DNA from: a virus
Virus record (IMG/VR): IMGVR_UViG_3300020429_000529
Coordinates: 326,762-390,761 of that record
DNA: 64,000 nt
Reading direction: 5' to 3' (one strand)
The position numbers and the translations under genes are program-made. The notes under the pieces were generated by a model. The model was not told the origin of the DNA and did not search any database. It worked only from the letters and a program-made list of their open reading frames with translations. Below, in pieces: positions 1 through 7,124 of the stretch (position 1 is the stretch's first letter; each line of letters starts with the position of its first letter).

Positions 1-330
1 CTCGATAACGACTTCAACACGGCGGAAGCCATCGGAGTTGTCAACAAGTACCTGTTCGAAATCAGCAAAGAAGATTGGGAAGAGATCGAACGGGTCTTTG
101 GCCTTGATGGGATGTTCCCCAAGATTCAAGTCCGAGGCAATGTCGAGTATCGAGAGATGAGCGACGAGATGATCCATGTCGTTGAACCTCTGGTTGTTCT
201 GAGACACAAAGCTCGACAGGACAAGAACTTCGAGGAATCAGACCGGCTTCGGAGCAGAATCGCTGCCGAGGGCTTTGAGATCGAGGATCGATCGTTAGGA
301 CGATATTTGGTCCAGCCAATTCTCGGTTGA
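1..330 (+). CDS. cysS: cysteinyl-tRNA synthetase, C-terminal part (5' partial, continues upstream of window)
   Basis: Frame 1 is open from nt 1 and reads DNDFNTAEAIGV...SDRLRSRIAAEGFEIED, like the CysRS C-terminal DDFNTPEALAVLFDL / ADRLRDxLxxxGVxLED region. Confidence 0.55.
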   Translation, partial: LDNDFNTAEAIGVVNKYLFEISKEDWEEIERVFGLDGMFPKIQVRGNVEYREMSDEMIHVVEPLVVLRHKARQDKNFEESDRLRSRIAAEGFEIEDRSLGRYLVQPILG

Positions 331-387
331 GCCGCTTGCAGGTGAGCGGGATCTTGTCTACAATGGCCTCTCAACGGAGATCAAGCC

Positions 388-909
388 ATGGAAGTGACAG
401 GATATCAGCTTCGGGAGGCGCTCAAGCGCTGGCAACTCAAACTGGACACCTCTGCGAAGCAGTTCAAGGAGTCCCTGTACCAGTTCGATGAAGATCAAGG
501 CGCGCAGGGCGAGAACTTCAACCCTGCTGCTCTGAGCGAACAGTTTCAGACGGCTGATACCGCTATCGCTACGCTCGAAGCGGCGCAGCAGCGGTACAAT
601 CAGCAGGTCGAGGTCAACATCCTTGGCGAGAAGATGCCGCTTGCGGTCGCTATCAAGCGAGTCGGCGGCGCTGGACGCCTTGAGAAGATGTGGAGAGGCG
701 TTGCCTCGGACACGGGTCGAGATCGTTACTCGTATCGAGAGATGACGAGGGACAAGGATCAGATCCGGGCCAAGAGGACGATCAGCGTTCAGGACTCGAT
801 CAAGTTCGCAGACGAGGCCGCTCGCAAGGCTGGGGCGCTGCGCTCCGCCATTGCGACGGCAAACAACACGAAAGTTGACCTCTCTGAGGTCACCGACGAC
901 CTGCTGTAA
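388..909 (+). CDS. hypothetical protein
   Basis: 173-aa ORF, GGAGA 8 nt upstream of the ATG, no stronger overlapping ORF. Confidence 0.55.
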   Translation: MEVTGYQLREALKRWQLKLDTSAKQFKESLYQFDEDQGAQGENFNPAALSEQFQTADTAIATLEAAQQRYNQQVEVNILGEKMPLAVAIKRVGGAGRLEKMWRGVASDTGRDRYSYREMTRDKDQIRAKRTISVQDSIKFADEAARKAGALRSAIATANNTKVDLSEVTDDLL

Positions 910-1093
910 AAGGCGGCGTCGGCAGCGGGGGCTAATTCCGTTTGGCCCAGAGATGGGAAGGCCCGTTGGACAATGAGGATGCCAGGAAGCTCGCAGCTTG
1001 CCTGAATGGTCAGGGGCATTGACCCTACCCCAATGATGGCTACATTCTGGTTCCCTCATGTCAAGACAATGCTCGTAGCTGTTCCCCGCTGTA

Positions 1094-1162
1094 GAGGATG
1101 TAGCTTAACTGGTAGAGCGCCCAAATTAATGGGTTGTGCAGGTTCGAAGCCCGCCGTCCTCT
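1094..1162 (+). tRNA. tRNA-like gene, only 69 nt, anticodon loop appears to be 6 nt (AAUUAA); possibly degenerate
   Basis: Acceptor gaggatg/cgtcctc, D-stem gctt/gagc, T-arm gcaggTTCGAAGcccgc; 4-bp anticodon stem with a 6-nt loop. Confidence 0.4.
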
Positions 1163-1408
1163 TTTGAACATCAAGGACAACCGAGATCGACACAAAGAAC
1201 TGGTCCTCAAGAAATTCAGAGGTCCAGGTCTGACAGATGACGAGCAGAAGGAGTTGGTTGAGATCGAGACGGCGATCAGAGAAGCGGTCATGAAGGAGTT
1301 TCCGCCGCTCAAAGATGCCGAACAGAATCCCAATCAGACGGGCCACTGACAAAAATCTGTCCCTTCTGCGTGGAATCTTGGCCGATTTGGAAGAAAAAGA
1401 CGAAGAGA

Positions 1409-1439
1409 GGGAGGAAGTGACGCCGCAAGGCGGTATACT
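1409..1439 (+). repeat. conserved 31-nt element GGGAGGAAGTGACGCCGCAAGGCGGTATACT, copy 1
   Basis: 30/31 identity with 11180-11210; GGAGG plus a GCAA-loop hairpin plus TATACT; about 220 nt upstream of the terminator at 1658. Confidence 0.6.
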
Positions 1440-1657
1440 CACCCACCAAGAGCCGCGAGTTGCGGCGGAGATTGAAGCAATGATGTCAGTAAGGTCCAAA
1501 GCCAGAACCAACGTCAACCAGCGCAAGCAGGCATGGCGTCAGTTCGCGTATGCGGGTTTTGCAGCCCGTAATGCGAAGGGGCTTGGACCTCGCGGACCTC
1601 AACAGGAGATCGAGAACATCTGATCTTCTGAAGACAGGTCAAGCAGAGAGGATTCCA

Positions 1658-1686
1658 AGCCCCGAGCAGAAGCTCGGGGTTTTTTC
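1658..1686 (+). terminator. rho-independent terminator
   Basis: gccccgagcagaagctcgggg hairpin followed by TTTTTT. Confidence 0.7.
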
Positions 1687-1696
1687 GTGCAAATAT

Positions 1697-1769
1697 GGGG
1701 CTATAGCGTAACTGGTAACGCGTCTCGATGGCATTGAGAAGAGTAGGGGTTCGAGTCCCCTTAGCTCCA
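1697..1769 (+). tRNA. tRNA-Ala(GGC)
   Basis: Full cloverleaf, G3:U70 pair, anticodon loop aUGGCAu, T-loop TTCGAGT. Confidence 0.85.
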
Positions 1770-1812
1770 CTTATGAGAGTTCGCAAGTTCTCTCAAGAAC
1801 GTAGTTCGCTTC

Positions 1813-1836
1813 GTTCGACTTCTTTGACAAGTGAAT
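1813..1836 (+). promoter_or_regulatory. recurrent motif TTCGACTTCTTTGACAAGTGAATA (contains TTGACA), copy 1
   Basis: 23/24 identical to 11544-11567; related CTCTTTGAC(A/T)A motifs at 5246, 26157 and 34750; 10 nt upstream of tRNA-Phe. Confidence 0.4.
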
Positions 1837-1845
1837 ACCTGCTAT

Positions 1846-1918
1846 TGGGTCAGTAGCTCAGTTGGTAGAGCAGTGGATTGAAGATCCGCGTGTCGTTGGT
1901 TCGAATCCGACCTGGCCC
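1846..1918 (+). tRNA. tRNA-Phe(GAA)
   Basis: gggtcag/ctggccc acceptor, tagctcagttggtagagca D-arm, anticodon loop uUGAAGa. Confidence 0.85.
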
Positions 1919-1925
1919 ACTTTAT

Positions 1926-1998
1926 AGCCTCGTAGCATAATTGGTAATGCAGGAGCCTCTGAAGCTCTGTATTGGGGGTTCGAGTCCCTCCGAGGCTG
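1926..1998 (+). tRNA. tRNA-Gln(CUG)
   Basis: agcctcg/cgaggct acceptor, anticodon stem ggagc/gctct, loop cUCUGaa. Confidence 0.8.
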
Positions 1999-2091
1999 TT
2001 TGATCTGGCGTGGGAATAGACGACCGAAACAGGTAATGCTGAACTGGTCACCCTTTGCGTATGGGCGAGTAGTCCTGAGAGTCAGATCGTT

Positions 2092-2165
2092 ATCCCGGTA
2101 GCTCAACTGGACAGAGTACCTGACTACGAATCAGGCGGTTGGGGGTTCGAATCCCTCTCGGGATG
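2092..2165 (+). tRNA. tRNA-Arg(ACG)
   Basis: atcccgg/tcgggat acceptor, anticodon stem cctga/tcagg, loop cUACGaa, T-loop TTCGAAT. Confidence 0.8.
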
Positions 2166-2203
2166 TTAGGCAAAGGTCGAAGGTTCGATTCCTTCTGCAT
2201 CAT
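2166..2203 (+). other. tRNA 3' half fragment (anticodon-loop UUA + 3' anticodon stem ggcaa + T-arm + 3' acceptor), matches the 5' half at 2239-2272
   Basis: ggcaa pairs with ttgcc of the downstream 5' half; T-arm gaaggTTCGATTccttc; acceptor tgcatca. Confidence 0.45.
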
Positions 2204-2238
2204 CACGGATCCTGAGACTGTTCGCGCAAACAGTCAAG

Positions 2239-2272
2239 AGATGTATAGCTCAATGGTGGAGCATTGCCATTT
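2239..2272 (+). other. tRNA 5' half fragment (acceptor agatgta, D-arm, 5' anticodon stem ttgcc, loop AUUU)
   Basis: tagctcaatggtggagca D-arm; ends exactly where tRNA-Ala(CGC) begins. Confidence 0.45.
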
Positions 2273-2345
2273 GGGGACGCATGTTCCAACGGCGGCGAAC
2301 TTCCCTCGCAAGGAAGTTGGGAGGGTTCGATTCCCTTCGTCTCCA
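2273..2345 (+). tRNA. tRNA-Ala(CGC)
   Basis: ggggacg/cgtctcc acceptor with G3:U70, anticodon stem cttcc/ggaag with loop cUCGCaa, T-arm gagggTTCGATTccctt; weak G-U rich D-stem. Confidence 0.6.
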
Positions 2346-2351
2346 CTTTAC

Positions 2352-2424
2352 GGGGTCGTAGCTCAACTGGTAGAGCATCTGCTTTGCAAGCAGAGGGTTA
2401 GGGGTTCGAGTCCCCTCGATTCCA
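2352..2424 (+). tRNA. tRNA-Ala(UGC)
   Basis: ggggtcg/cgattcc acceptor with G3:U70, anticodon stem tctgc/gcaga, loop uUUGCaa. Confidence 0.8.
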
Positions 2425-2546
2425 CTTACGGTATTGCCAACACGCCATTGCAGGTCTTTCCATGGACTGCAAGAAAGAGGGCTGGTTCCCTGAACCAATA
2501 CAGTCATTTGTTGAAGGCCTCTTCAAATGACTCAATCAGGATTTTC

Positions 2547-2626
2547 GGGTAGGCTATCCTGGGAGAGACAAGCTGGCTGTAAACCAGTGGCATTTTGCTG
2601 AGCAGGTTCGAATCCTGTCCTACCCA
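2547..2626 (+). tRNA. tRNA-Tyr(GUA), class II with long variable arm
   Basis: gggtagg/cctaccc acceptor, anticodon arm gctgg-CUGUAAA-ccagt (loop identical to E. coli Tyr), T-arm gcaggTTCGAATcctgt; D-arm unusual. Confidence 0.6.
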
Positions 2627-2637
2627 CTTTCTTTGTT

Positions 2638-2722
2638 AGGCGATAATGGGCAGTAGGTTTGCCCCGAGGGGAGTCATGACCCCAGTGTCAAAACGAAACA
2701 GGTTCGATTCCTGTATTGCCTG
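2638..2722 (+). tRNA. tRNA-like gene, 85 nt, anticodon arm not resolvable (gggg-AGUCAUGA-cccc)
   Basis: aggcgat/attgcct acceptor, gggc/gccc D-stem, acaggTTCGATTcctgt T-arm. Confidence 0.4.
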
Positions 2723-2726
2723 CCTT

Positions 2727-2811
2727 GGGAGATGATCTTGCCGGGTGACTGTAAATCACTTGACTTGTATATGGCAAGTGGCGTCAAGGGGTTCGATTCC
2801 TCCATCTCTCA
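2727..2811 (+). tRNA. tRNA-Tyr(GUA)-like with a shortened D region (possible pseudogene)
   Basis: gggagat/atctctc acceptor, ggtga-CUGUAAA-tcact anticodon arm, long variable hairpin, T-arm aggggTTCGATTcctcc. Confidence 0.45.
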
Positions 2812-3110
2812 TTCGTTTGTTTCAGGAGGGGATGCAATGCTTGAGTTCAAGAAAACAGCAGAATGCTCCCTCAATCAGGAAGGCATCAATCAGGTCAAAC
2901 AACTCAGCACCGATATGATGCTGGGCAATGTAGTCGAACGAATCGTTCGTATCGGATCGCATGACTACAACCTGAAGAGGGAAGGAAACAAAGTCGTCGT
3001 CTATCGTATGAAGATGACTCTCGAACAGAACGACCGTAATGTTCATGGCATGAACAGGAGAAAGTAATGACTGCTCTACGAAAACACAAACCGACCTGCA
3101 AGACAACCTT

Positions 3111-3194
3111 GGGTCGGTGACTGAGAGGCCGAAAGTATCCGCCTTTTAAGCGGGCAGCGAAAGCTCATCGCGGGTTCGAATCCTGCCCGGCCCA
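3111..3194 (+). tRNA. class II-like tRNA with anticodon UUU; variable arm carries a GCGAAAGC hairpin
   Basis: gggtcgg/ccggccc acceptor, 3-bp D-stem with 11-nt loop, anticodon arm tccgc-CUUUUAA-gcggg, variable cagcgaaagctcatc, T-arm gcgggTTCGAATcctgc. Confidence 0.5.
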
Positions 3195-3201
3195 CTTCAC
3201 T

Positions 3202-3274
3202 GGGGGCGTAGCTCAGTTGGTAGAGCATCGGACTTTTAATCCGAGGCGCGCAGGTTCGAGTCCTGTCGCCCTCA
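3202..3274 (+). tRNA. tRNA-Lys(UUU)
   Basis: gggggcg/cgccctc acceptor, anticodon arm tcgga-CUUUUAA-tccga, canonical class I structure. Confidence 0.85.
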
Positions 3275-3278
3275 TTTA

Positions 3279-3351
3279 GGAACGATGGTGTAGTTGGTCT
3301 GCACGCTTGTCTGAAGAACAAGAGGTCACGGCTCGAAACCGTGTCGTTCCA
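3279..3351 (+). tRNA. tRNA-Phe(GAA), atypical T-loop CTCGAAA
   Basis: ggaacga/tcgttcc acceptor, anticodon arm cttgt-CUGAAGA-acaag. Confidence 0.7.
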
Positions 3352-3358
3352 TTTTCAT

Positions 3359-3430
3359 ACCTCGGTAGCTCAATTGGCAGAGCAGCAGACTCTTAATCTG
3401 TGGGTTGTGGGTTCGACTCCCTCCCGGGGT
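3359..3430 (+). tRNA. tRNA-Lys(CUU)
   Basis: acctcgg/ccggggt acceptor, tagctcaattggcagagca D-arm, anticodon arm gcaga-CUCUUAA-tctgt. Confidence 0.8.
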
Positions 3431-3437
3431 ACTTTGA

Positions 3438-3509
3438 CGGGTCCGAAGCATAGGAGGAGATGCACCTGGCTCTTAACCAGGAGAAGAGGGTTCGAATCCC
3501 TACGGACTC
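3438..3509 (+). tRNA. tRNA-Lys(CUU), second copy
   Basis: gggtccg/cggactc acceptor, anticodon arm cctgg-CUCUUAA-ccagg, T-loop TTCGAAT. Confidence 0.75.
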
Positions 3510-3600
3510 ATTTGAAACAGGTCGAAAGCAATCAGTTAACAAGTTCAAATCCTGTATTCCCCACTTCAACAACTCTTGGGGAATTGCCTATTGGAGGCAC
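3510..3600 (+). other. degenerate tRNA-like region (T-arm-like acaagTTCAAATcctgt + attcccc upstream of a GGGGAAT acceptor-like 5' piece)
   Basis: The pieces resemble tRNA parts in the wrong order; no complete cloverleaf found. Confidence 0.25.
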
Positions 3601-3628
3601 CTGAAAGCACCAACATACCTGTTTTGTT

Positions 3629-3702
3629 TCCTCAGTAGCTCAGTTGGTAGTAGCGAATGGCTGTTAACCATTAGGTCGCTGGTTCGAGCCCAGCCTGAGG
3701 AG
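3629..3702 (+). tRNA. tRNA-Asn(GUU)
   Basis: tcctcag/ctgagga acceptor, anticodon arm aatgg-CUGUUAA-ccatt, T-arm gctggTTCGAGCccagc. Confidence 0.85.
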
Positions 3703-3832
3703 TTTAGAGAACGAGTCGAAGAGGCTTCGGTTATCACTTTGATTTTGATTCAAAATGCCCAAAGCGCCTGCCTGTAAAGCAGGAAATGCTGGGGGTAAAA
3801 ACACCGATCTTCACCCCATATTCGTTCTTGTT

Positions 3833-3920
3833 TCTGAGGTAGCCGAGTGGTAGCAGGCGTCTGACTGTTAATCAGAAGGGAGTCACATCCCCGTCGTTGG
3901 TTCGAATCCAACCCTCAGAG
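3833..3920 (+). tRNA. Ser-like class II tRNA body with anticodon GUU (Asn codons)
   Basis: tctgagg/cctcaga acceptor, Ser-type D-arm gcc-gagtggtagca-ggc, anticodon arm tctga-CUGUUAA-tcaga, 19-nt variable arm, T-arm gttggTTCGAATccaac. Confidence 0.6.
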
Positions 3921-4042
3921 TTTTTGATCTACGAAAGGTCTTTCGTTCCGAGTATCTCACAAAATACGGAGGGCCTTGTCTTGAATGTCTGAATCCGTGA
4001 CTTGTGCTTCGCATCCGAAGCGCTAACGGAGAGGACAGAGAC

Positions 4043-5122
4043 ATGAAGAAGGTCACGGTCAAGCCAACGCTTGTAGCATCTGCTGGATACGCAAAACCAG
4101 TAAACGTTGGTCAGAATGACGATATATTGAGCGAAAAAGAACAGCAGATCAAGAATCTTGCTGATCGACTCATCGCCGCAGTTCCTTGCGCTTCATCGAA
4201 CTGGGCAGAGGACAACCCTCACCATATGGGCTACGGACTCAAGTCCGAGGGCGGCTGGATGAGGTTCATGCAAGGTCACATCTGGCGCTGCGTTAGCGAG
4301 CTTGGATACAGACGAGTCTTCTTCCATCTTCCGTTCGGCAAAACAACGGGTCAGTCTCCTTACGAAGTTCAGAAGCGAGCTTTTGAAGCTGAGTATGGGC
4401 AGCCTTACTCAGAATGGACAGACGAGCAGAAAGCCGTTCTCGAAGACATGGACCTCAAGAGATGGCATATGAGTATCGATCATATGCACGACCTCGAACG
4501 AACAGGTAACGAGTTTATCGCAACTGGCTTCTATGAGGCGCTCGATTGGATTCATGAACAGGATCCGGGCGTTGAGATCATCTGCTACATCGGTTCGTAT
4601 GATTCGGAAGACAAGGGTCGCATCGACAACGGCGAGTACGGCGCAGTCTTCTTTGATTGGTGGAGATCAGTTTATCCGTTGATCGATCGAGACTGGGTTT
4701 CGATCGTCTACGATGCTGCGGTCGGTAAAGAACCTGACCACATCAACGCAAGGCTTGCTCAGCTAACGCAAGACGCAAAGAACCGTCAGCCTGGACGCTT
4801 TGTAGGGGTTGAGGCTCGCATCCAGAAGGGTCGTCCTTGGCCGAACGATTTGGGTATGACATGCGTTGCTTGGGCGGCGACATGGAGACGACAGGCTCAT
4901 TCGGGGAACATTCCTCGGGAGTTCTTGACTGTTCCGCCGATCGTTGTTTACGACGGGCACGCAAAGAGTCAGGTCAACAACAGCTACAATGGCGACTGGT
5001 TCGCATACATGGCTGAAGACTTGGCGCAAAACTGTCAGATCGCTCCTTCTCCGCTTGGAGGCGAGTTTGCGACCCTGACAACGACAGAGGTAGCCGCCAG
5101 ATTGTTAGATCTGGTTTCGTAG
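4043..5122 (+). CDS. hypothetical protein, paralog family A (with 19743, 38401, 39861)
   Basis: GGAGAGGA RBS before the ATG at 4043; shares RVFFHLPFG / IICYIGSYD-type motifs with three other ORFs in the window. Confidence 0.65.
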   Translation: MKKVTVKPTLVASAGYAKPVNVGQNDDILSEKEQQIKNLADRLIAAVPCASSNWAEDNPHHMGYGLKSEGGWMRFMQGHIWRCVSELGYRRVFFHLPFGKTTGQSPYEVQKRAFEAEYGQPYSEWTDEQKAVLEDMDLKRWHMSIDHMHDLERTGNEFIATGFYEALDWIHEQDPGVEIICYIGSYDSEDKGRIDNGEYGAVFFDWWRSVYPLIDRDWVSIVYDAAVGKEPDHINARLAQLTQDAKNRQPGRFVGVEARIQKGRPWPNDLGMTCVAWAATWRRQAHSGNIPREFLTVPPIVVYDGHAKSQVNNSYNGDWFAYMAEDLAQNCQIAPSPLGGEFATLTTTEVAARLLDLVS

Positions 5123-5245
5123 GAGAATGACATGTTGTTTCACACTTGTTTACAGATGAAGGTGTGGGTTCGCCCATCTCTGGTCGATTGAGATCAAGTT
5201 TCTGCTTCATCCGAAAGCCTGGCCTCATGGAAACGGAACGCTTTA

Positions 5246-5258
5246 CTCTTTGACTAAG
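5246..5258 (+). promoter_or_regulatory. CTCTTTGACTAAG motif copy
   Basis: Variant of the recurring CTCTTTGACAAG motif, in a 260-nt noncoding stretch. Confidence 0.25.
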
Positions 5259-5388
5259 GGTAAATCTCCGCTCTGGTCTTATTGGATTGAAATCCATGTA
5301 GGACCGATTTGGCTCAAGATCTACAAGCGGACGCTGAAGATGTGGAAGCAAGATCAGGAGTCGATCAAGAGGGCCAAGAAAAAATCAT

Positions 5389-5460
5389 GACTCGGTAGCT
5401 CAGCGGTAGAGCGGTCGCCTGTTAAGCGACTTGTCGAGGGTTCGATCCCCTCCCGAGTCT
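5389..5460 (+). tRNA. tRNA-Asn(GUU), second copy
   Basis: gactcgg/ccgagtc acceptor, anticodon arm gtcgc-CUGUUAA-gcgac. Confidence 0.85.
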
Positions 5461-5487
5461 TTTTGCTTCCTTGGGAAGGGTTGCAGT

Positions 5488-5560
5488 GCGCCGATAGCTC
5501 AATTGGTAGAGTCCTGGATTCCAAATCCAGTTGTTGGGAGTTCGAATCTCTCTCGGCGTG
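5488..5560 (+). tRNA. tRNA-Trp(CCA)
   Basis: gcgccga/tcggcgt acceptor, anticodon arm ctgga-UUCCAAA-tccag. Confidence 0.85.
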
Positions 5561-5561
5561 T

Positions 5562-5632
5562 TGAGGAGTCGTCTAAAGGTAGGACGCTGGATTTTGGTTC
5601 CGGAGATGCTGGTTCGAGTCCAGCCTCCTCAG
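5562..5632 (+). tRNA. tRNA-Gln(UUG)
   Basis: tgaggag/ctcctca acceptor, anticodon arm ctgga-UUUUGGU-tccgg, T-arm gctggTTCGAGTccagc. Confidence 0.75.
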
Positions 5633-5637
5633 TTCTT

Positions 5638-5709
5638 TGAAAGGTCGTCTAATTGGTAGGACGCTGGGTTCTGATCCCGGAAATGCTGGTTCGAGTCCAG
5701 CCCTTTCAG
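5638..5709 (+). tRNA. tRNA-Gln(CUG)
   Basis: tgaaagg/cctttca acceptor, anticodon arm ctggg-UUCUGAU-cccgg. Confidence 0.8.
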
Positions 5710-5713
5710 TTTC

Positions 5714-5815
5714 GGTTACAACTTGCAGAGGTCTGGTACATCTGCGGCGCGTCGCGATTCCGTAAGCTCAGCGCGAGGGTCATTCGGCCCCTCAAGTCGG
5801 TTCGAATCCGAGACG
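5714..5815 (+). other. elongated tRNA-like element (acceptor ggttaca/cgtaacc, T-arm tcggTTCGAATccga) with about 30 extra nt
   Basis: Ends pair but the internal cloverleaf is not resolvable; possible intron-containing or decayed tRNA. Confidence 0.3.
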
Positions 5816-5861
5816 TAACCAAGCAGTATCGAGGGACGCTTCGATGTCTGCTTTTTGATTG

Positions 5862-5983
5862 CCCTGTGGCGGAATGGTAGACGCACGGAAGACATTCCGA
5901 TTCGCCGTTCGAGTCGGCAAAGTAGGCGGATGCGCTGAAATCAAAGGTAGAATGTAGGTTCGAATCCTACCAGGGCAACTTGT
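5862..5983 (+). other. elongated tRNA-like element with Leu-type D-arm (tggcggaatggtagacgc) and two T-arm-like hairpins
   Basis: Acceptor tgccctg/cagggca pairs across 122 nt; internal gccgTTCGAGTcggc and gtaggTTCGAATcctac. Confidence 0.3.
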
Positions 5984-5990
5984 TCGAGTA

Positions 5991-6067
5991 GCGGCGGAAG
6001 CTGCATTGGTTCAGCGGTCGGATTCCAAATCCGATGTCTATGTGGGGTTCGAGTCCTCCCCGTCGCG
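5991..6067 (+). tRNA. tRNA-Trp(CCA), second copy, 8-nt variable region
   Basis: gcggcgg/ccgtcgc acceptor, anticodon arm tcgga-UUCCAAA-tccga. Confidence 0.6.
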
Positions 6068-6074
6068 TTTTGTT

Positions 6075-6146
6075 TGCCCCATGGTGTAACTGGCAACACG
6101 ACTGATTCTGATTCAGTTATTCCTGGTTCAAATCCAGGTGGGGTAG
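6075..6146 (+). tRNA. tRNA-Gln(CUG)
   Basis: tgcccca/tggggta acceptor, anticodon arm actga-UUCUGAU-tcagt, T-arm cctggTTCAAATccagg. Confidence 0.8.
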
Positions 6147-6150
6147 TTTA

Positions 6151-6287
6151 GTCAACGTGGTGTAACTGGCAACACACTTAAACGCCTTTCGCCATACCAT
6201 ACCTGTCTCGGGATCCCCGACAGGTCGAAGGATGGAAGGTTAACCTCTTGCAAAGGAGAGCTTCAGGTTCGAATCCTGACGTTGGCA
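6151..6287 (+). tRNA. insert-containing tRNA-like gene (137 nt); anticodon arm atypical (ctct-UUGCAAAGG-agag)
   Basis: Acceptor gtcaacg/cgttggc, D-arm same as the tRNA at 6075, then an insert of about 65 nt sharing aacgcctttcgccataccata...gtcgaaggatggaaggttaac with 6291-6421, T-arm tcaggTTCGAATcctga. Confidence 0.45.
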
Positions 6288-6290
6288 TTT

Positions 6291-6421
6291 CTCAGCGTGG
6301 TGTAATGGTAGCACAGTAACAAACGCCTTTCGCCATACCATATTTCGTAAGAAGTCGAAGGATGGAAGGTTAACATTCCTCTGTAAAAGGAAAGGTTCGG
6401 GTTCGAATCCCGACGCTGGGT
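6291..6421 (+). tRNA. insert-containing tRNA-Tyr(GUA)-like gene (131 nt)
   Basis: Acceptor ctcagcg/cgctggg, D-arm, about 55-nt insert paralogous to the one in 6151-6287, anticodon arm ttcct-CUGUAAA-aggaa, T-arm tcgggTTCGAATcccga. Confidence 0.5.
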
Positions 6422-6425
6422 TTTT

Positions 6426-6537
6426 GGTGCCGCACGAGGAATGATCCCAGAAGCGCGCGATCCCAAGATGAAGGAGAGGCCTCTCTTGATTCGAGGGTGA
6501 TCATGGGATGGAGGTTCGATGCCTCCCGGCGCTGTTT
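6426..6537 (+). other. elongated tRNA-like element (acceptor ggtgccg/cggcgct, T-arm ggaggTTCGATGcctcc; possible anticodon loop UUGAUUC)
   Basis: 112 nt with an internal palindrome gagaggcctctc; structure only partly resolvable. Confidence 0.3.
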
Positions 6538-6540
6538 GAT

Positions 6541-6617
6541 AGTCCCGTAGCTCAGACTGGTTAGAGCGCTATCCCGACACGATAGGACATGCGGAGGTTC
6601 GAATCCTCTCGGGACTA
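6541..6617 (+). tRNA. tRNA-Val(GAC), unusual C33 and 7-nt variable loop
   Basis: agtcccg/cgggact acceptor, anticodon arm ctatc-CCGACAC-gatag. Confidence 0.6.
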
Positions 6618-6623
6618 TTTGTT

Positions 6624-6699
6624 ACCGCCAAGGTGTAATGGAATTATGCACGCTACCCTGCGAAGGTAGAGGCTCTTGGTTCGATTCCAAGTGGCGGTG
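6624..6699 (+). tRNA. tRNA-Arg(GCG)
   Basis: accgcca/tggcggt acceptor, anticodon arm ctacc-CUGCGAA-ggtag, T-arm cttggTTCGATTccaag. Confidence 0.75.
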
Positions 6700-6787
6700 T
6701 TCAAACCTGGAGTTAGCTAAACTCCCTCATCAAATGAGTACCGACAGTTTTGACCCGTATCCAATCGGGGAGGTCTGTCAGCTTTAT

Positions 6788-6861
6788 GGGCGGCTGGGAA
6801 AACTGGCTAATCCGCTTGTGTTACATACAAGAGACTCTCGGTTCGAGTCCGAGGCTGCCTA
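6788..6861 (+). tRNA. tRNA-Val(UAC)
   Basis: gggcggc/gctgcct acceptor, anticodon arm cttgt-GUUACAU-acaag, T-arm ctcggTTCGAGTccgag. Confidence 0.75.
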
Positions 6862-6882
6862 CTTTTGAAAGGAGGAGATGCA

Positions 6883-7041
6883 ATGGAACATCTCTATGAT
6901 CGGAACGGTCTCGTCTTCTGGACCGAAGATGAGATTCTCGCCAGAGAGGATATGGCGAGCCGTTTGAGTCGCACGGTCCAATCGAATCTGCGGGAGCAAA
7001 ACCCGGGTTTCGGTTCGCTCGGGTCGAGGCACCTCAGCTAA
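6883..7041 (+). CDS. small hypothetical protein (52 aa)
   Basis: AAGGAGGAG RBS 6 nt upstream of the ATG; below the ORF-track size cutoff. Confidence 0.4.
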   Translation: MEHLYDRNGLVFWTEDEILAREDMASRLSRTVQSNLREQNPGFGSLGSRHLS

Positions 7042-7124
7042 CCCCTCTTGATCGGATTAATCCGAACTACTCGGAAGATGACTACTTCCGAACAGATGAG
7101 TTAGCGCTTCGACCCGAGACCACC

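Noticed and set aside
358-1059. Long minus-strand ORFs in the ORF track (for example 358-1059, 7804-8610, 16223-17008, 19217-19987, 31343-32842, 41644-42456, 44602-46353, and the + ORF 35653-37467)
   Set aside because: They are antisense shadows of better-supported genes with RBS and homology, or run across tRNA arrays (the GFEPT/RTPT translations come from TTCGAATCC). They are Arg/Ser/Leu-rich, as expected for a GC-frame artefact.
2139-2552. ORF-track ORFs spanning the tRNA array (2139-2552, 3341-3604, 3460-3777, 5431-5640, 5653-5880, 6638-6868, 10687-10914 portion)
   Set aside because: Their translations contain GSNP/GFESP/VRIP/SSPL motifs, which are the in-frame readings of tRNA T-arms; these are tRNA genes, not proteins.
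3700-3830. An anticodon-arm-like hairpin cctgc-CUGUAAA-gcagg (Tyr-type loop) without a T-arm or acceptor
   Set aside because: Only an isolated stem-loop with a distant ctggggg/acccca pairing; likely a decayed tRNA-Tyr relic, too incomplete to call.
5150-5388. GTGGGTTCGCCCATC T-loop-like stretch and an inverted repeat in the noncoding gap after 5122
   Set aside because: No acceptor or anticodon arms could be paired; probably a UTR or small-RNA region, not a tRNA.
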